Shown here piece after piece: positions 48,068 to 60,239 of a stretch of 64,000 nucleotides of DNA. The notes beneath the pieces were generated by a model. The model worked only from the letters and a program-made list of their open reading frames with translations. It was not told where the DNA came from and did no database searches. Source of the stretch: Lama guanicoe (taxonomy: Eukaryota); assembly GCA_013239625.1 (NCBI GenBank), contig MU053376.1, positions 396,833-460,832 of the forward strand, in the 5' to 3' direction. The position numbers and the translations under genes are program-made. Numbering within the stretch: the stretch's first letter is position 1; every line of letters begins with the position of its first letter.

Positions 48068-50639
48068 TCTCGCGAATCAGGAACTGTTACAGTGTTTTAC
48101 ATAGGATTGAGAAACCCTGTGTCATCGATTCCTCACGCCCGCATTTTGTGAAACTATTTTAAATTCTAGAAAACTCTGGACTCATGCGCCAAGAAAAACA
48201 GAAGCCTGAAATCATGCCCCTTTCACCAGCCTTACCAGTTAACAAAATTACATTTATATGCCCAATAACCATTATTAGGTAGACTTCTTTGATTTGTCAT
48301 CTAACAGGTCCAGGATTAACAGAACGGCGAGGTATGTCACTTTTGAAGCGCTGTAGTGACATCAGACCTAGTATACTGATTATAGGGTGGGTACCAGTTC
48401 TAAAATCTACCCGATAAAAACAACAAAAAATGAGTCTCTCTAAGAGAGATTACATGAACTATGTAGTATAAAGTGGGAGAAAGGACCCTGCAGAGGGATA
48501 GTGAGATTGTCCTGTAGGTCCGTCGAAGGCGTCCAAGTAAATTTACGTGATGCAAACTCTGGAAAATGTCACCAGAAGTGACCTCGGGGGCAGAAATCCT
48601 ACTAAACTAGAGAGGAAGCTGAACATGTCAGCAGAGAGGCACATTATTGATCTAGACATTGGAGGCTTCCGCAGCCATCAGTAATCTGTGCACTGCACTC
48701 TGCTATAGGGCTGGCGACGGGATTACCCACGATGGGGCTTAGAATGCAACGTGAATGGGTTTTCGTTAGCTGAAGTTGCTTTCCCTTAATTCCATCTGCT
48801 TCACTCCAACTGCTTTAAGACTGATTGTGCCCGGGTCCAGCAATTCCACTTTTAGGAATTTGTCCTAAAGAAATAATCAGGGATGTAACAAAAAGACCTG
48901 ATTACAAGAGAGAATGTCATGGCATTTTAATTGAAAAAAATTGTAAATGACCTACGTGACTATGTAAATTATGGTAACAGCCTTAATAAGGAATGTTATG
49001 CAGCCATTAATAATAATCATGCTATAAAAGAACCCAGCTTAGGAAAAACTGCAAAATACTGTAAAGCTAGGAAATATTTCAAATAAAAAAGTTTAAGCAA
49101 CACGGATATATTGTACAGCACAGGAAATTATAACCATTGTTTTATAATAAATTTTAATGGAGTATAAACTGTAAAAACACTTAATCACTATGCTGCACAC
49201 CTGAAACTAATATAATATTGTATATCAACTATACACTGATAAAAAATTTTTAACGGGTGCATATATGTACACTGAAAAACTAAAGGGCTAAATAAATGCT
49301 CATGTAAAGCCTGGGTTCTGAAATTAGGTGCCCCTTTTTGAATCCTTACTACCACTGTGTGATCTTGAGTAAGCTATTTCTCTGTCTCAGGGCAATAAAA
49401 TGATTGTGAGAAGTAAAAAGATTTTTATATAAATTGTTCAGAATAGTGTGTGACATGTAATACACATTCATGAAGTCACATAAAGACTTAATGGCAAACA
49501 TATAACAAGATCAGACTCTGGATTCTGCTCTTTCTATCATTTTCTAGCACTATCCACCCTTCAACAAATGCTTAACGGAGTTTTACAAATTAATTTTTAT
49601 TGAGGTATAGTTGACCTATAATTTTGTTAATTTCGGGTATACAACATAATGATTCGATATTTTACACATTGCAAAATGAGCACAATAAGTCTAGTTAACA
49701 TCTGTCACTATACATAGTTAAGACAATTTTTTTCTTGTAAGAGAACTTTCAAGATCTACTCTCTTAGCAAAACAAATATGTAGGACAGTATTATTAACCA
49801 TAGTCATGCTCTATGAAGGCTTAACATATTGGACTGGAGTGGAGGCAGATGTAGAGAATTTGGAAAGCTGACAATATTGAGTTAATGTGAGCAAAAAGAA
49901 TAACTTTATCCCCTAAGTAATAGGGAACTGTTAAAATTTTGTCTCATTAATGTTCCAGTTTCTCACTCAAAGGAACACACATTAGATTTCTTTCACTCAT
50001 GTCACATTAAAAACATAACAAGGACTACCGTGTTAATTATTCACTATAAAAACCACATCACCACAGCTAATCATCCACACAGAGCTAATGGTAGAATGGT
50101 TTCTAAAACTGACTGCATGCAGATGAGATGGTGATTCATAAAAATTAGGAGTATTAGACTGCCTTTTCTTTGCTCAAAACCCTTTGATTCTTCTCTGCTA
50201 CTTACTGAATAACACATGGAACTTTTTAACAACGGCATTCAAAATTCTCCACAGTCTGGTCCTGCCTACTTTGCTAGCATTCCATGCCAGTGCCATTTAA
50301 TACAAATACAATGCAAACACATACACATTTCAAACCATATGTGGCTGGTGGCTATTATATTGACAGTGTAATTCAATACAATGCCAATCTTCCACACAGT
50401 TATCAGCACTTCAATCAAAGTGGACTCTTCTTGGTTTTCATATGGTCTTCTAAATTCTCATTCCTCTCCTCATTATTTACTCCACGTTTCCTCAAATGAT
50501 TCTACCCTTGCCTCTTAAAATCCTACGCATTCTTAAAGGCCTCACTCTTCAAAACCTTCAATTATTATGTTAAATGCAAAGGAAAGATTAATTCAAGAAC
50601 CTATAGACTCACGGTTTATAAAGTCAGTAATAGAGCCAT

Positions 50640-51430
50640 ATATTTGTTATTCAAATTGAAAAAATAAAATTGGATGTCTACGATACAACATGCACAAAGA
50701 TTTATTCTGAATGAGTTAAAGGCTTAAATGTGAAAAGCAAATCTTTAGAACTTTTAGGAGAAAATATATGAGAGTGCCTTCATAGACAGAAAAGAATCTC
50801 TTAAACAATATACAAAAAGCAAATCATAAAGAAAATAATAAATCTGACTTCATTAAAAGAACTGTTCGTCAAAGGACAATATTCAAAAAGTGAAAACAAG
50901 CTATGGATTTTGAAGATGTTATTTGTAATACATACAATCAAGAAGGATTAATACCCAGATTATATAGGGAACTCCTATAAATCAATACGAAAAAGGCAAA
51001 CCAATAGAAAAATGGGCAAAAGATAAGACCAGACAATTCACAGATGAGTGACCATGGTAAATAAATATGAAAAAATTCAAAAAATTCTCAACCTTAGTAA
51101 TAACCATGGACATAGAAATCAACCACCATGAGAAACCATTTCACATCTTTTTTTTTAAAAATAATCTGTTAATAACAACAACTGGCAAAAACAGAATTCT
51201 TGCACATTCCTATCAGGAGTGTATACTCCCACAATCACTTTGGAAAGCACTTAATCAGGATCTCATAGAGCTGACAACGTGCCTGTTACCTAATAATTCT
51301 ACTCCCTAAAGTGCACATGGACACAAGTATAAGAATGTTGATGGCAGCATTGTTTGAGAGCAAAACAATTGGAAACACCTAAATATTTATCTAAGGAGGA
51401 GATGGGATAAAGAAAAAAAATTGTGGTGCA
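50640..51430 (+). mobile_element. Old LINE-1 ORF2 fragment
   Basis: A-rich degenerate L1 motifs (ccaatagaaaaatgggcaaaag, gttgatggcagcattgttt). Confidence 0.7.
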
Positions 51431-51437
51431 TTCATTA

Positions 51438-51660
51438 CTGTTATGGGTTGAATTGTGTCCCCTCAAAATTTATTTGTTGAAGTTCTAAGCCCTAGTACCT
51501 CAGAATGTGACTCTACTTGCAAATAGGCCCTTTATAGAGGTGATTACGGGAAAATGAGGTCATATAGGTGGGCCCACACACAATACGACTGATGTTTCTA
51601 TAAGAAAAGGCGATTAGGACACAGGCAATGTGCACAGACAGAGAAGCAAATGTGAAGACA
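51438..51660 (+). mobile_element. MLT1A/B-like LTR 5' fragment
   Basis: tgttatgggttgaattgtgtcccctcaaaatt...cctagtacctcagaatgtgac. Confidence 0.75.
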
Positions 51661-52413
51661 AATTTTCAAAAATTTCAAAGCATAAAGTATTTGAAGGAAT
51701 ATATACACATACAAATCCTGTAAGTCTAAAGAAATGCATGACAGGGGTAAATACCAAACCCAGGATAATGGTTCCTTCTGCAGTTGAAGGAGGGTGATGT
51801 TAGAGGAGAAAGGACAATAGGGAGCTTCTCTGTATAGGGTAAAGTATTGCTCTATAGGAAGAGTGGTGGGGAAAAAGACATCATGCCCTTCATTATATCT
51901 TTTTGCATGTCTGAAGTAGTTCCTTATAATTTTTAAGAATGGCTATCGACCAATAACATTGGCTTCTAATTCTTTTAGAGTTGCAGTGGGCCTTAGAAAA
52001 GTCATCTCATTCAGCCATTTTACGTGACAGATTAGGAAACTGAAGACCTGCATGACTTTCTGCTCTCTAGCGAGACTAAACCCAGATTTCCTGTTTCTTA
52101 AATAAACGGTTTGTGAATACAGTTCTTAGAGAAGGAAGTGGTAATCACTGAGTCAGTTATGAGCTTGTTAAGACAATTTCATTTTCTTTTTTGACAAGAT
52201 TACTTGGCTGGTAGAAGAAATACCACAGGTATGGCTTATTTTCATTGTAGCAAGTCATTTGATGAAATTTTATGAACTCCTTGGCAAAGGCCAGAGAAAT
52301 GTTGCCAGATGTTGACCTCTGTTAATAGGTGGGATCATTGGTGGTTTAAGAACAACACTGGAAGAGGAATAGTTAATCATGAAACAGTGTCAACCAGGAG
52401 GGGGAAAGCTCTA

Positions 52414-52548
52414 TTTTTTTTTTTTAAATTTGTGGGGTAATTAGGTTTGTTTATTCATTTATTTTTAGAGGAGGTACTGGGGATTGAACCCAGGACCGTG
52501 GGCATGCTAAGTATGTGCTCTACCACTTTGAACAATACACTGCTCCCC
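52414..52548 (-). mobile_element. Vic-1-like SINE
   Basis: Reverse-complement consensus; TSD aaagctctatt. Confidence 0.88.
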
Positions 52549-52999
52549 AAAAGCTCTATTCTTAATAATGCCCTATTTGACATATTTATTAAGGCTTTAA
52601 ATGAAGGTAGGTTAGGTATGTTAATCAACAACCTGCAAAATGCAAAAGTGAAAGAGATAAGCTCTCCTGACTCTCCAGGCAAGGTTAACTTCATTGTTGT
52701 GCTTAACACATCCTCTTTACCTGGACAGTCTGATTCCTCCTCTAGACACATTCCAGGTCTCACTTGTTTTAGAATCCTCTAGGTTGGTGCCTGGCACACA
52801 GTAGATGTTCAACAAATATTTGTTCATCTTTAAACAAACTGAATTGGGTGACAGGATCATAATTCCAAGAGCCCAGGAAACAGTAGGAAGGGACCTAAAC
52901 TAAACACATACTCTTTTAAAAGATACAGAGTGAACTCCAAAAAAAAAAGATACAGAGTGAACTCCTATCTGGGAATTTCTTTTAAATTAAAATTAATTA

Positions 53000-53147
53000 G
53001 GGGGGAGGGTATAGCTTGGTGGTAAAGCGCATGCCTAGCATGCATGAGGTCCTGGGTTCAATTCCCAGTACCTTCATTAAAAATAAATAAACGAATAAAT
53101 AACCTAATTACCTCTCCCCATTAAAGAAACACTAGATTTTTTTTAAA
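53000..53147 (+). mobile_element. Vic-1-like SINE
   Basis: Consensus; TSD aaattaaaattaatt. Confidence 0.88.
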
Positions 53148-54279
53148 AAATTAAAATTAATTGCAGAAAAAGAGAGGAGAAATAGTTGACAGTGTTTCAC
53201 CTCAAAAAACCCTATCCCTTTATTTATTTATTTGAGAGAGGTGGTTGCTTACTTTAAGCTCTCTGGGAGTAACTGTGAAAAAAAATTAATTCTTAAGCTT
53301 ACTTACAGAACTTGGTCTCCCACCTAAGTGGAGATTATGTCAGAAATAGACCAAGGTGCAATGTGCAAATTAAGAGAGGTCATTGCTCCATTTTATTTTG
53401 CATGGATGAGTATCTGGCTCTTGGAGCCATATCTTAAATAGGACAAACATGCCTGTTCAGAAGGGTGGCAAAGGGGCTTGAAGCCATGGCAAATAAATAG
53501 GTGAAAGCTCTAAGGGGATTTTTAGCCTGCAGAAAACCGAAACAGAAGAGTTAGAGATGGGACATGGTAGCTGTCTTCAAACAACAAAATAGTACTTACA
53601 TTGAAAAGAATGAAGCCTTACTCTTCTCCCGAGTGCAGAAGTGAAACCAATAGAAATGGCTAAATAACATCTTTCAGCTCAAAAAACCCTCTAACATCTA
53701 GAATCATCCTAAAATAAATGAAATGAGGTATCTGGGGGAGGCCATGCCATTTTGACACCGGCAGAGGTTTAAGACAGCCTGTCTGAGAGGTTTGTTGAAA
53801 GTACTTTTTTTGTGTTGGGAGAGATTAGGCTAGATGACCTGGCTGTGTGAGCCAAATAAATTCCACCTCGTTGTCTTTTGCACCTCTCTTTTAGCATTTA
53901 CCGCGTATCCTGTAGTGTGATTCTTGTATATACTAGTGTTGTCCTCCCCCAGTTAGCGACAACACTAGGACGCTGTTTCCCCTCTCCAGGCACCTCTGGT
54001 GTTAGAATGAATCAGTTAACACGGAGGAACAGAGGGAGTAGCGTTTTTCTGAAGAGCTTAAAAGGTGGCTTCTGGTTATGCTTTTAGCTTTCTACCCTCC
54101 CTGTTTTTTGATTTCCCAGGACATGTTTGCAAATATCACAAGACCCTACAACTTGCTGAAATGTTCTCTCTTGAAACCTCGCAACTCTATTAGTCTCCAG
54201 GTCCTGCGACTCTCTTTCCCCACACTGGAATCTACTCTATGGTAGGGACAGCTCAGCCTTCTAGCTCTCTAGCCCTTCA

Positions 54280-54720
54280 GTTGTCCCATCTATGGTTTCC
54301 GGAGGCCTCACCGGAAGCCCTTGTAGGAAATCTGTTGCGGAGGCCGGAAGTTGCCCCCAGCCACTCGCCGTTTCAAAATGCCGCTGAGGCCTTAGGGCCT
54401 GTGAGTGACGCCCCCTCCCCCCGGGGCTCGGCGGGGGAGCGACTCATGGAGCGGCCGTAAGGTGTGGCTCTTGGTTTTATCCGTGGGGTGCCGGGAGGCT
54501 GGGGGCGGGAAGTGGAGAGTGGGGAGCGGGCGCGGCGCGACCAGTTCCGCAGGCCCTGGAGCGGGGGTAGCCGGCGGGAGGAGCTACAGGCGGGGGTGGC
54601 AGCGTGGGGACGGTCTCACCCGGCGGAAGAAGGGCTGGTGGGGGAAGGGTTAAAAGATGAGGACCCGCGGAGGATAAAAACGGGGGGGGGGAGTGATACG
54701 AGACGAAACGGGCAATAAGT
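54280..54720 (+). promoter_or_regulatory. MDM4: MDM4 CpG-island promoter with ETS motifs
   Basis: CpG-dense; CCGGAAG at 54311 and 54344, TTCCGG at 54297, GGGGCGGGAAGT downstream; TATA-less. Confidence 0.85.
54338..54461 (+). other. MDM4: MDM4 non-coding exon 1 (5' boundary approximate); the coding exon 2 is not in the window
   Basis: Resembles the human MDM4 5'UTR as I recall it (GGAGGCCGGAAGTTG...TTCAAAATG...GGGCTCGGCGGGGGAGCGACTCATGGAG...CCGTAAG) followed by a gtgtgg donor; fits PIK3C2B/tRNA-Lys/MDM4 synteny. Confidence 0.85.
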
Positions 54721-54989
54721 CAACGTACCTAAAAATACGAATAGTCAGATTGAAAACGTTTAACTGGACCCAGAAATTGAGGACGATTGAGGCACTTTGG
54801 AGCAAAGGTGGAAGGGTGGGAGGCGGAGAGAATGACATTGAGGTGTCTTCAAGATTTTAAGGTAGTAGTTTTAAGGGCTGCGGACCATCTCTCAGAGGCA
54901 CTTGAGTGTTTCAAGAATGCTTATTTGGGAGAGGGGACACATCCAGATTTCCCTAGAGTATCAGGAGATGGGGCTCGGGAATATGTATT

Positions 54990-55133
54990 TTTTAAAAAGC
55001 CTTTTATTCATCCTTTTTAGGGGATAGATAATTAGTTTTACTTATTAATTTTTTAGAGGAAGTACCGGGAATTGAACCTAGGACCTCGTTTATGCTGAGC
55101 ATGTGCTCTACCGCTTGAAATACACTCTTCCCC
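54990..55133 (-). mobile_element. Vic-1-like SINE in MDM4 intron 1
   Basis: Reverse-complement consensus; TSD gggaatatgtatttt. Confidence 0.88.
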
Positions 55134-58100
55134 TGGGAATATGTATTTTAATCAGCCCATTTCCCAATTGATTCTTGTACACCCTTAAGTTTGAAAACCA
55201 GTGTTTTAAAGCGACAGCCAGAGGGTATGCTGCAATTCTCTTCCTTCGTCTAGAAAAGTCTATTAGGGAGCTCCTCCATGCCTTGGGATGTTGGCACGCG
55301 GAACAAGTATCAATCAAAGATATTTGGTACCTTTTGGTATTAGGTAATAGTGCGTCGTAATTTGAGTTTAATACCCTCCCTCCTCATACTTTCTTGCTTT
55401 GAAAAGTTAATTTAGAAGTATTTATTTCATAATATTTTGTTTCACAGTGTGGTAGGGATCACAACTTTAAAAACTTTTACAGTTTTTAAAAAAACCAAAA
55501 CAGTACTTGCCTGTTGTTTGGAAAAAAAAAACAAACGCACAATACAGAAGTGTGTAAAGTTAACTGTCCGTTAACCTGTCCCTAACCTGTTCCCTCCTCA
55601 AGCTGGCTACCTTAGCTATTTGATATTATGTCGTTCCTGACTTTTTCCATGCATGCTCACGTTTTTAAACAACAGTGGGATCATTTTGAATCTATTGTTC
55701 TGCACCTTGAGTTTTTCAAATAGGGACAAATCAGGGACAGCTTTCCACAAAGTATACATATAATATTTTCTTTTAAAGACTTGCGTAGTATTGCATTATA
55801 AGGTTGTACAAGAATTTCTTTAGCCAGTTCCCCATTGATGGATTTTTAGGTTGTTTCCTGGCATACTGTTTGTTTTGCAGACTGTGCTGGAGCATACTCT
55901 TGCTACACACTTCACCTTTTTAAAATGTGTAACACACCTGGTAAGGAACTGAACCAATGTCTCAATGGTAGTTTCTTTTTTAAAAGAAAAAAGTTGGTTA
56001 TTATTACTTTTATGTATCTAGTTGGAAGAGAATCAGATGGTAGTTTTTACTAGAGGTCTTTAGGATTTTAAAGAATTGATAATGATTAGTTCTGCTAACT
56101 TCTGACAAGAAGTTTTTAATTTGATTAGTCTTCAAATCACAGTTGTCTTCAAAGGTAGAGATTTGGAGATGAGGTATAGGAGTCTCTTGGACTAAATCTA
56201 GGATAAAAACTACTCTGTCATCACTGAGAGGTGGATAAGACTGTTCTGCTCTCTGATTTCAATCCAGTAGGGACATACATAAAAACATAATGTGGTAAGT
56301 GTTTTAATAGAGGTGCTCTGGTGCCATCAGCTTCCTTTGGGGAGTCAGAAAAGCCTTGACCAAGGAAATGACCTTTGACCTAGGTAGAAGAATGAATAAG
56401 AATTTTCAAGACTAGAAAATAGAGCATAGAAGAGGAGTAGGGACAGGTGCTAAGGCAGTAGCTTTCAAACTTTTAAACCATGACCCTCAGTAAAAAGTAA
56501 ATTTTATACTATGACCCAGTACACGTAGGAGGGGTAATGGTTAAGAGCTCTGGCTGTGCAGCCAGAGTGCTGGGACTCTTAAGACCATGAATTTGGGTAA
56601 GTTAACTTCCCCTCTGCCTTGGTTCCCTCTTCTGAAAATGAGGACAATAATGTATCTACCTTAAGGATCTCTGTAAGGATTAAATGAGTTGTTGAATATA
56701 AACTGCTTTAACGAACGTCTGACACAAAGGTGCTTAAGTATGTTAAATGTTGACAGTTTTCAATAACAGAAACAAGTTCCACAGAACAGAACTTTGTTAT
56801 TCACTTTTATTTGCTATTCTGTTCTATTTCATTAATAGAGGGGAGGAGTTAAGACCAACTGGAATACAGCTTGTAGTTTAAACAGCTCATACTAAAAACG
56901 CAGAGGTGAAGGGCTAGACAAATTCAAGAAACTAAGGCCATCATGGTAGGCATTGAGTGGTGGAAGTGGAGACTGGAGAGGAGTACCAAGATGGAGTGGA
57001 GAGTAAGTTGGAAATGAATCATGAAAGCTAATTTACACATACCCAGTGATGAGGATGAGTTTCTGGAGCTGGGAGTGCCTGCTGAGTCAGCTGTACAGGT
57101 CCATGTAGGATAGTCCTGCATTCCTCAGATGCCCTGAAAAACTAGGGTATTTTGGCCTGCTCTGGGATGTTCCTAGTTCTGCTGTATTGTGGACCCAAGT
57201 GGTGGAATTGACTTCTCTTTCAATAAGCACATGGCTCTTGAGGGAGAGTTCTTTTGAAAGGAAGCAAAGAAAACTGCAAAAAGGACTTTGTTCCCTCACT
57301 CATTGAAAAGGTGAATTCTTTTCAGATCTCTGTGCTCCTCCCCAGGGTTTATTATTAGCAGCAAAGAATCCCATCTCCAGAGAGCCAAAGCAGTACAGGT
57401 TAGTGATAATGATTCTTTTAATGTAACTGGAATAGTATTTCTAAGGTTACTAGTTTTTTTCAAGATACAATAGTTAAACACATGGAATTTTTGTGATTTC
57501 TTACACATTTGCTGTGTATGATTCAATAAGGTAATTAAAACTTACTGTTTTAATTCAGTGTTTTTTCTGTTTTCCCACCTTTTAAATATTTTAAAGCATT
57601 TCACAGATGTGTCATTTTGCTTTTAAAAAATATCAGGCTGTAGCTCTTATGTTAGGATTTTTTGAGAAGTTACTACATTGCCTTTCTACTACCATTAGCA
57701 ACTTTTGTATTTTTTTATTATCTCCTCTTAATGAGGAGAACACTTTGCTTCTTTTCTGTTGTATATTGCTAGTAGTTGACATAGTTATTTTAATTCTGTA
57801 TCATTCCTGTATAATTTTGCTTCCTTTCAAAAATCCTTAAATCATCTTACAATTTAAATTAAATAAAATTTCTCTTAACTTTGTTTTTTGGTTCAAGTTT
57901 TTTTAAAACACTGAGAACTAATTGATAAAAAATACTTCTCATTGATTATCAATTTCTGTAAAAAAAAAAGTGTATAATTTAGGGATAGCAGCTTCTTAAT
58001 AGTACCTAGTACATAATTCAAAATTTCCTGATTGTTTAGGAAAAAATGACATTTTACAGGTGGCTTGTTTGAATCAGGACTTGAGCAAAGTCTGCACATT

Positions 58101-60239
58101 GTGTTAGGTTTTTTAAGTCTGGTAACAGTCTCTTGAAGTTTCTCCTTCACCATAACACTACCTCCAAGGTTCTGTAGAATTTCCCACATTCTGGACTTAG
58201 CTAATTGCCTGCTTTTAGTATTGTTTACTTATTCCTTCACCCTCCATTTTTCCCTACAAGCAGTAGTTAGATCTAGAAGCTTGATTTGGATTTTTTTGTT
58301 GGGGGGAGGTGTCAAGAATACTTCAGAGGATGTACTGAGTGCTTCCTGTTTCTTCACTCAGGAAGTACATGATGTGTGAATGACCCTCTTTTTTTTTTTA
58401 AACATTTTTTTTATTGAGTTACAGTCATTTTACAATGTGTCAAATTCCAGTGTACAGCACAATTTTTCAGTTATATATGAACATACATACATTCATTGAA
58501 TGACCCTCTTTTTAAAGATAAGTTTGGTCAGTTGGTTAAATGCAGTAAGCCTGCTCATTTTTTTTTTCTTTTTTTCCCTCAGGAGAAGGAAGGATTTATC
58601 ATTTACAGCAAGTAAGAAAAACTCTAGGGATTTTTCTCAAAGCAGTGTTGCCCAGAACACCAAAATTGGGGAAATTTTAAGCTAAGGGTACACGCATATT
58701 CATGAAGAGGCTTGGGTGGCAGGCAGAGTCCAAGCTTTAGTTGATGGAAGTTGAAGGGGTCAGGAAAGGTCAATGTCATTATCCCTTAGGTTCCAGCTGA
58801 TCTGGTGGTTGAGCCCCTCAGTGTGTTTTAAAGTCCTCTCTTTCCCCAACCTTTTACTTAAATGGTTTTAGCAGCTGTTAATGACTGTTGAGGAGGTGAC
58901 ATTTAACCTGAGACTGGAAGGTTTAGGATGAATCGATCTTGTTCAGAACTTAGTGTTCAAAATGAAGGAAGATTGTGCAAAGGCCCAGGTTGAAAAACCA
59001 AAAGATTAGTGTGGCTGGGGTGCAGGAAGCATGGGGACAAGCAGGGCAAGTTGGAAAGACTGGCCAAGTGCTGCGGGGCTAGACTGTTTCCCTTTAGAGA
59101 GGTAGCAAGCTGTGGAGCAGGATCTGGCACTGTAAGATTGTTTCATTTTGGTTTTTTAATCCTTCTGGCTATAGTGTGGAGTTTGGGTTGAACTGGGTTT
59201 AGAGAGCCAGTTAAGAGTCTGTTGATGTGACACAGGCAAGAAGTTAACATTTTTTGGTTTGGGAATTGGTCATGAAGTTGAAGGAGGGTGGTTTGAAAGA
59301 TTTAGGAGTTAAAGATCCGTAAGGTTTGATGATATGATAACGGAGGAAGAGGGAAAGATCATGGTGACTCCTAACTTCCGGGTTTGGGCAACTGAATGTA
59401 ACTACTAACTGGCAGCAAGCTGTACTGGGGAAGGATAAGCTTTCATCTTGGGCAAGTTAGTTGACTTCTTTAAGCCTCAATTTTCTCTTTTAAGGAGCAA
59501 GTAACAATACCTAACCCTGTTGTACTCAAAAGAGATTCCAGGTGAAAAAGGGACAAGATCTTGCCTTGGGTTCAGAGCCCATCAGCTGACTTCATTTCTT
59601 GCATACTTCCATGAACAGTGCCCTTGCTCGTGATATTTCCCCTCCCGTTCTTTCCAGTAATCTCCCGTTTACAAATCCTTCCACTTCTGTTTCCATTTCT
59701 TCTCATTCTTCCTCTGCTTTGCAATCAAAAGTAATTTGTCCTGCTCTGAACTCCATGGTGCTTAAATCAGTATCTTTCTAATGGCACAACACTTCTAGTG
59801 GGTATTAAAGTAAATCCTTACTGAACTTTAAATTGTTCAGTGCTGCCAAGAGGTCACGTCGTGTTCCTATTCAGGTGCTGAACTGGCGTGACTGCTGACT
59901 CCTTTCTCCCAAATCATCCGCAAAGATTCTGCGAAAGGAAAATACTATGAGAAACAAAGGGGTGGGGTGGGCTGTTCTGAACTGCTGTGTGTGTGGGTTG
60001 TGGTGTTGGGGTGTTTGGCCTAGGGCAGGAGTCAGCCAGGCGTGACTGTAGGAGAGTCAGACCACAGGGGAAGGGGACCACTGGAATACTGCTGTCGTTT
60101 CTCCCCGGTCTCATTACTTTGGAATTGCTTTTCTCTACACTTGCTGTGTTGAGCTCTTCTCAAGAGTAAATCAGGGCATTACAGAAGCCTATACTTGTGA
60201 GGAGGGGTTGAGAAAAAAAAACAAGTGATGACTCAGTCT

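Noticed and set aside
53445..54128. p53 half-sites upstream of MDM4 (AAACATGCCT, GGACATGTTT)
   Set aside because: Only isolated decamers with no adjacent second half-site; I could not locate the known intronic p53 element.
21849..55133. tRNA-like A/B-box sequences in SINE heads as tRNA genes
   Set aside because: No cloverleaf acceptor stem; they have A tails and TSDs, so they are SINEs.
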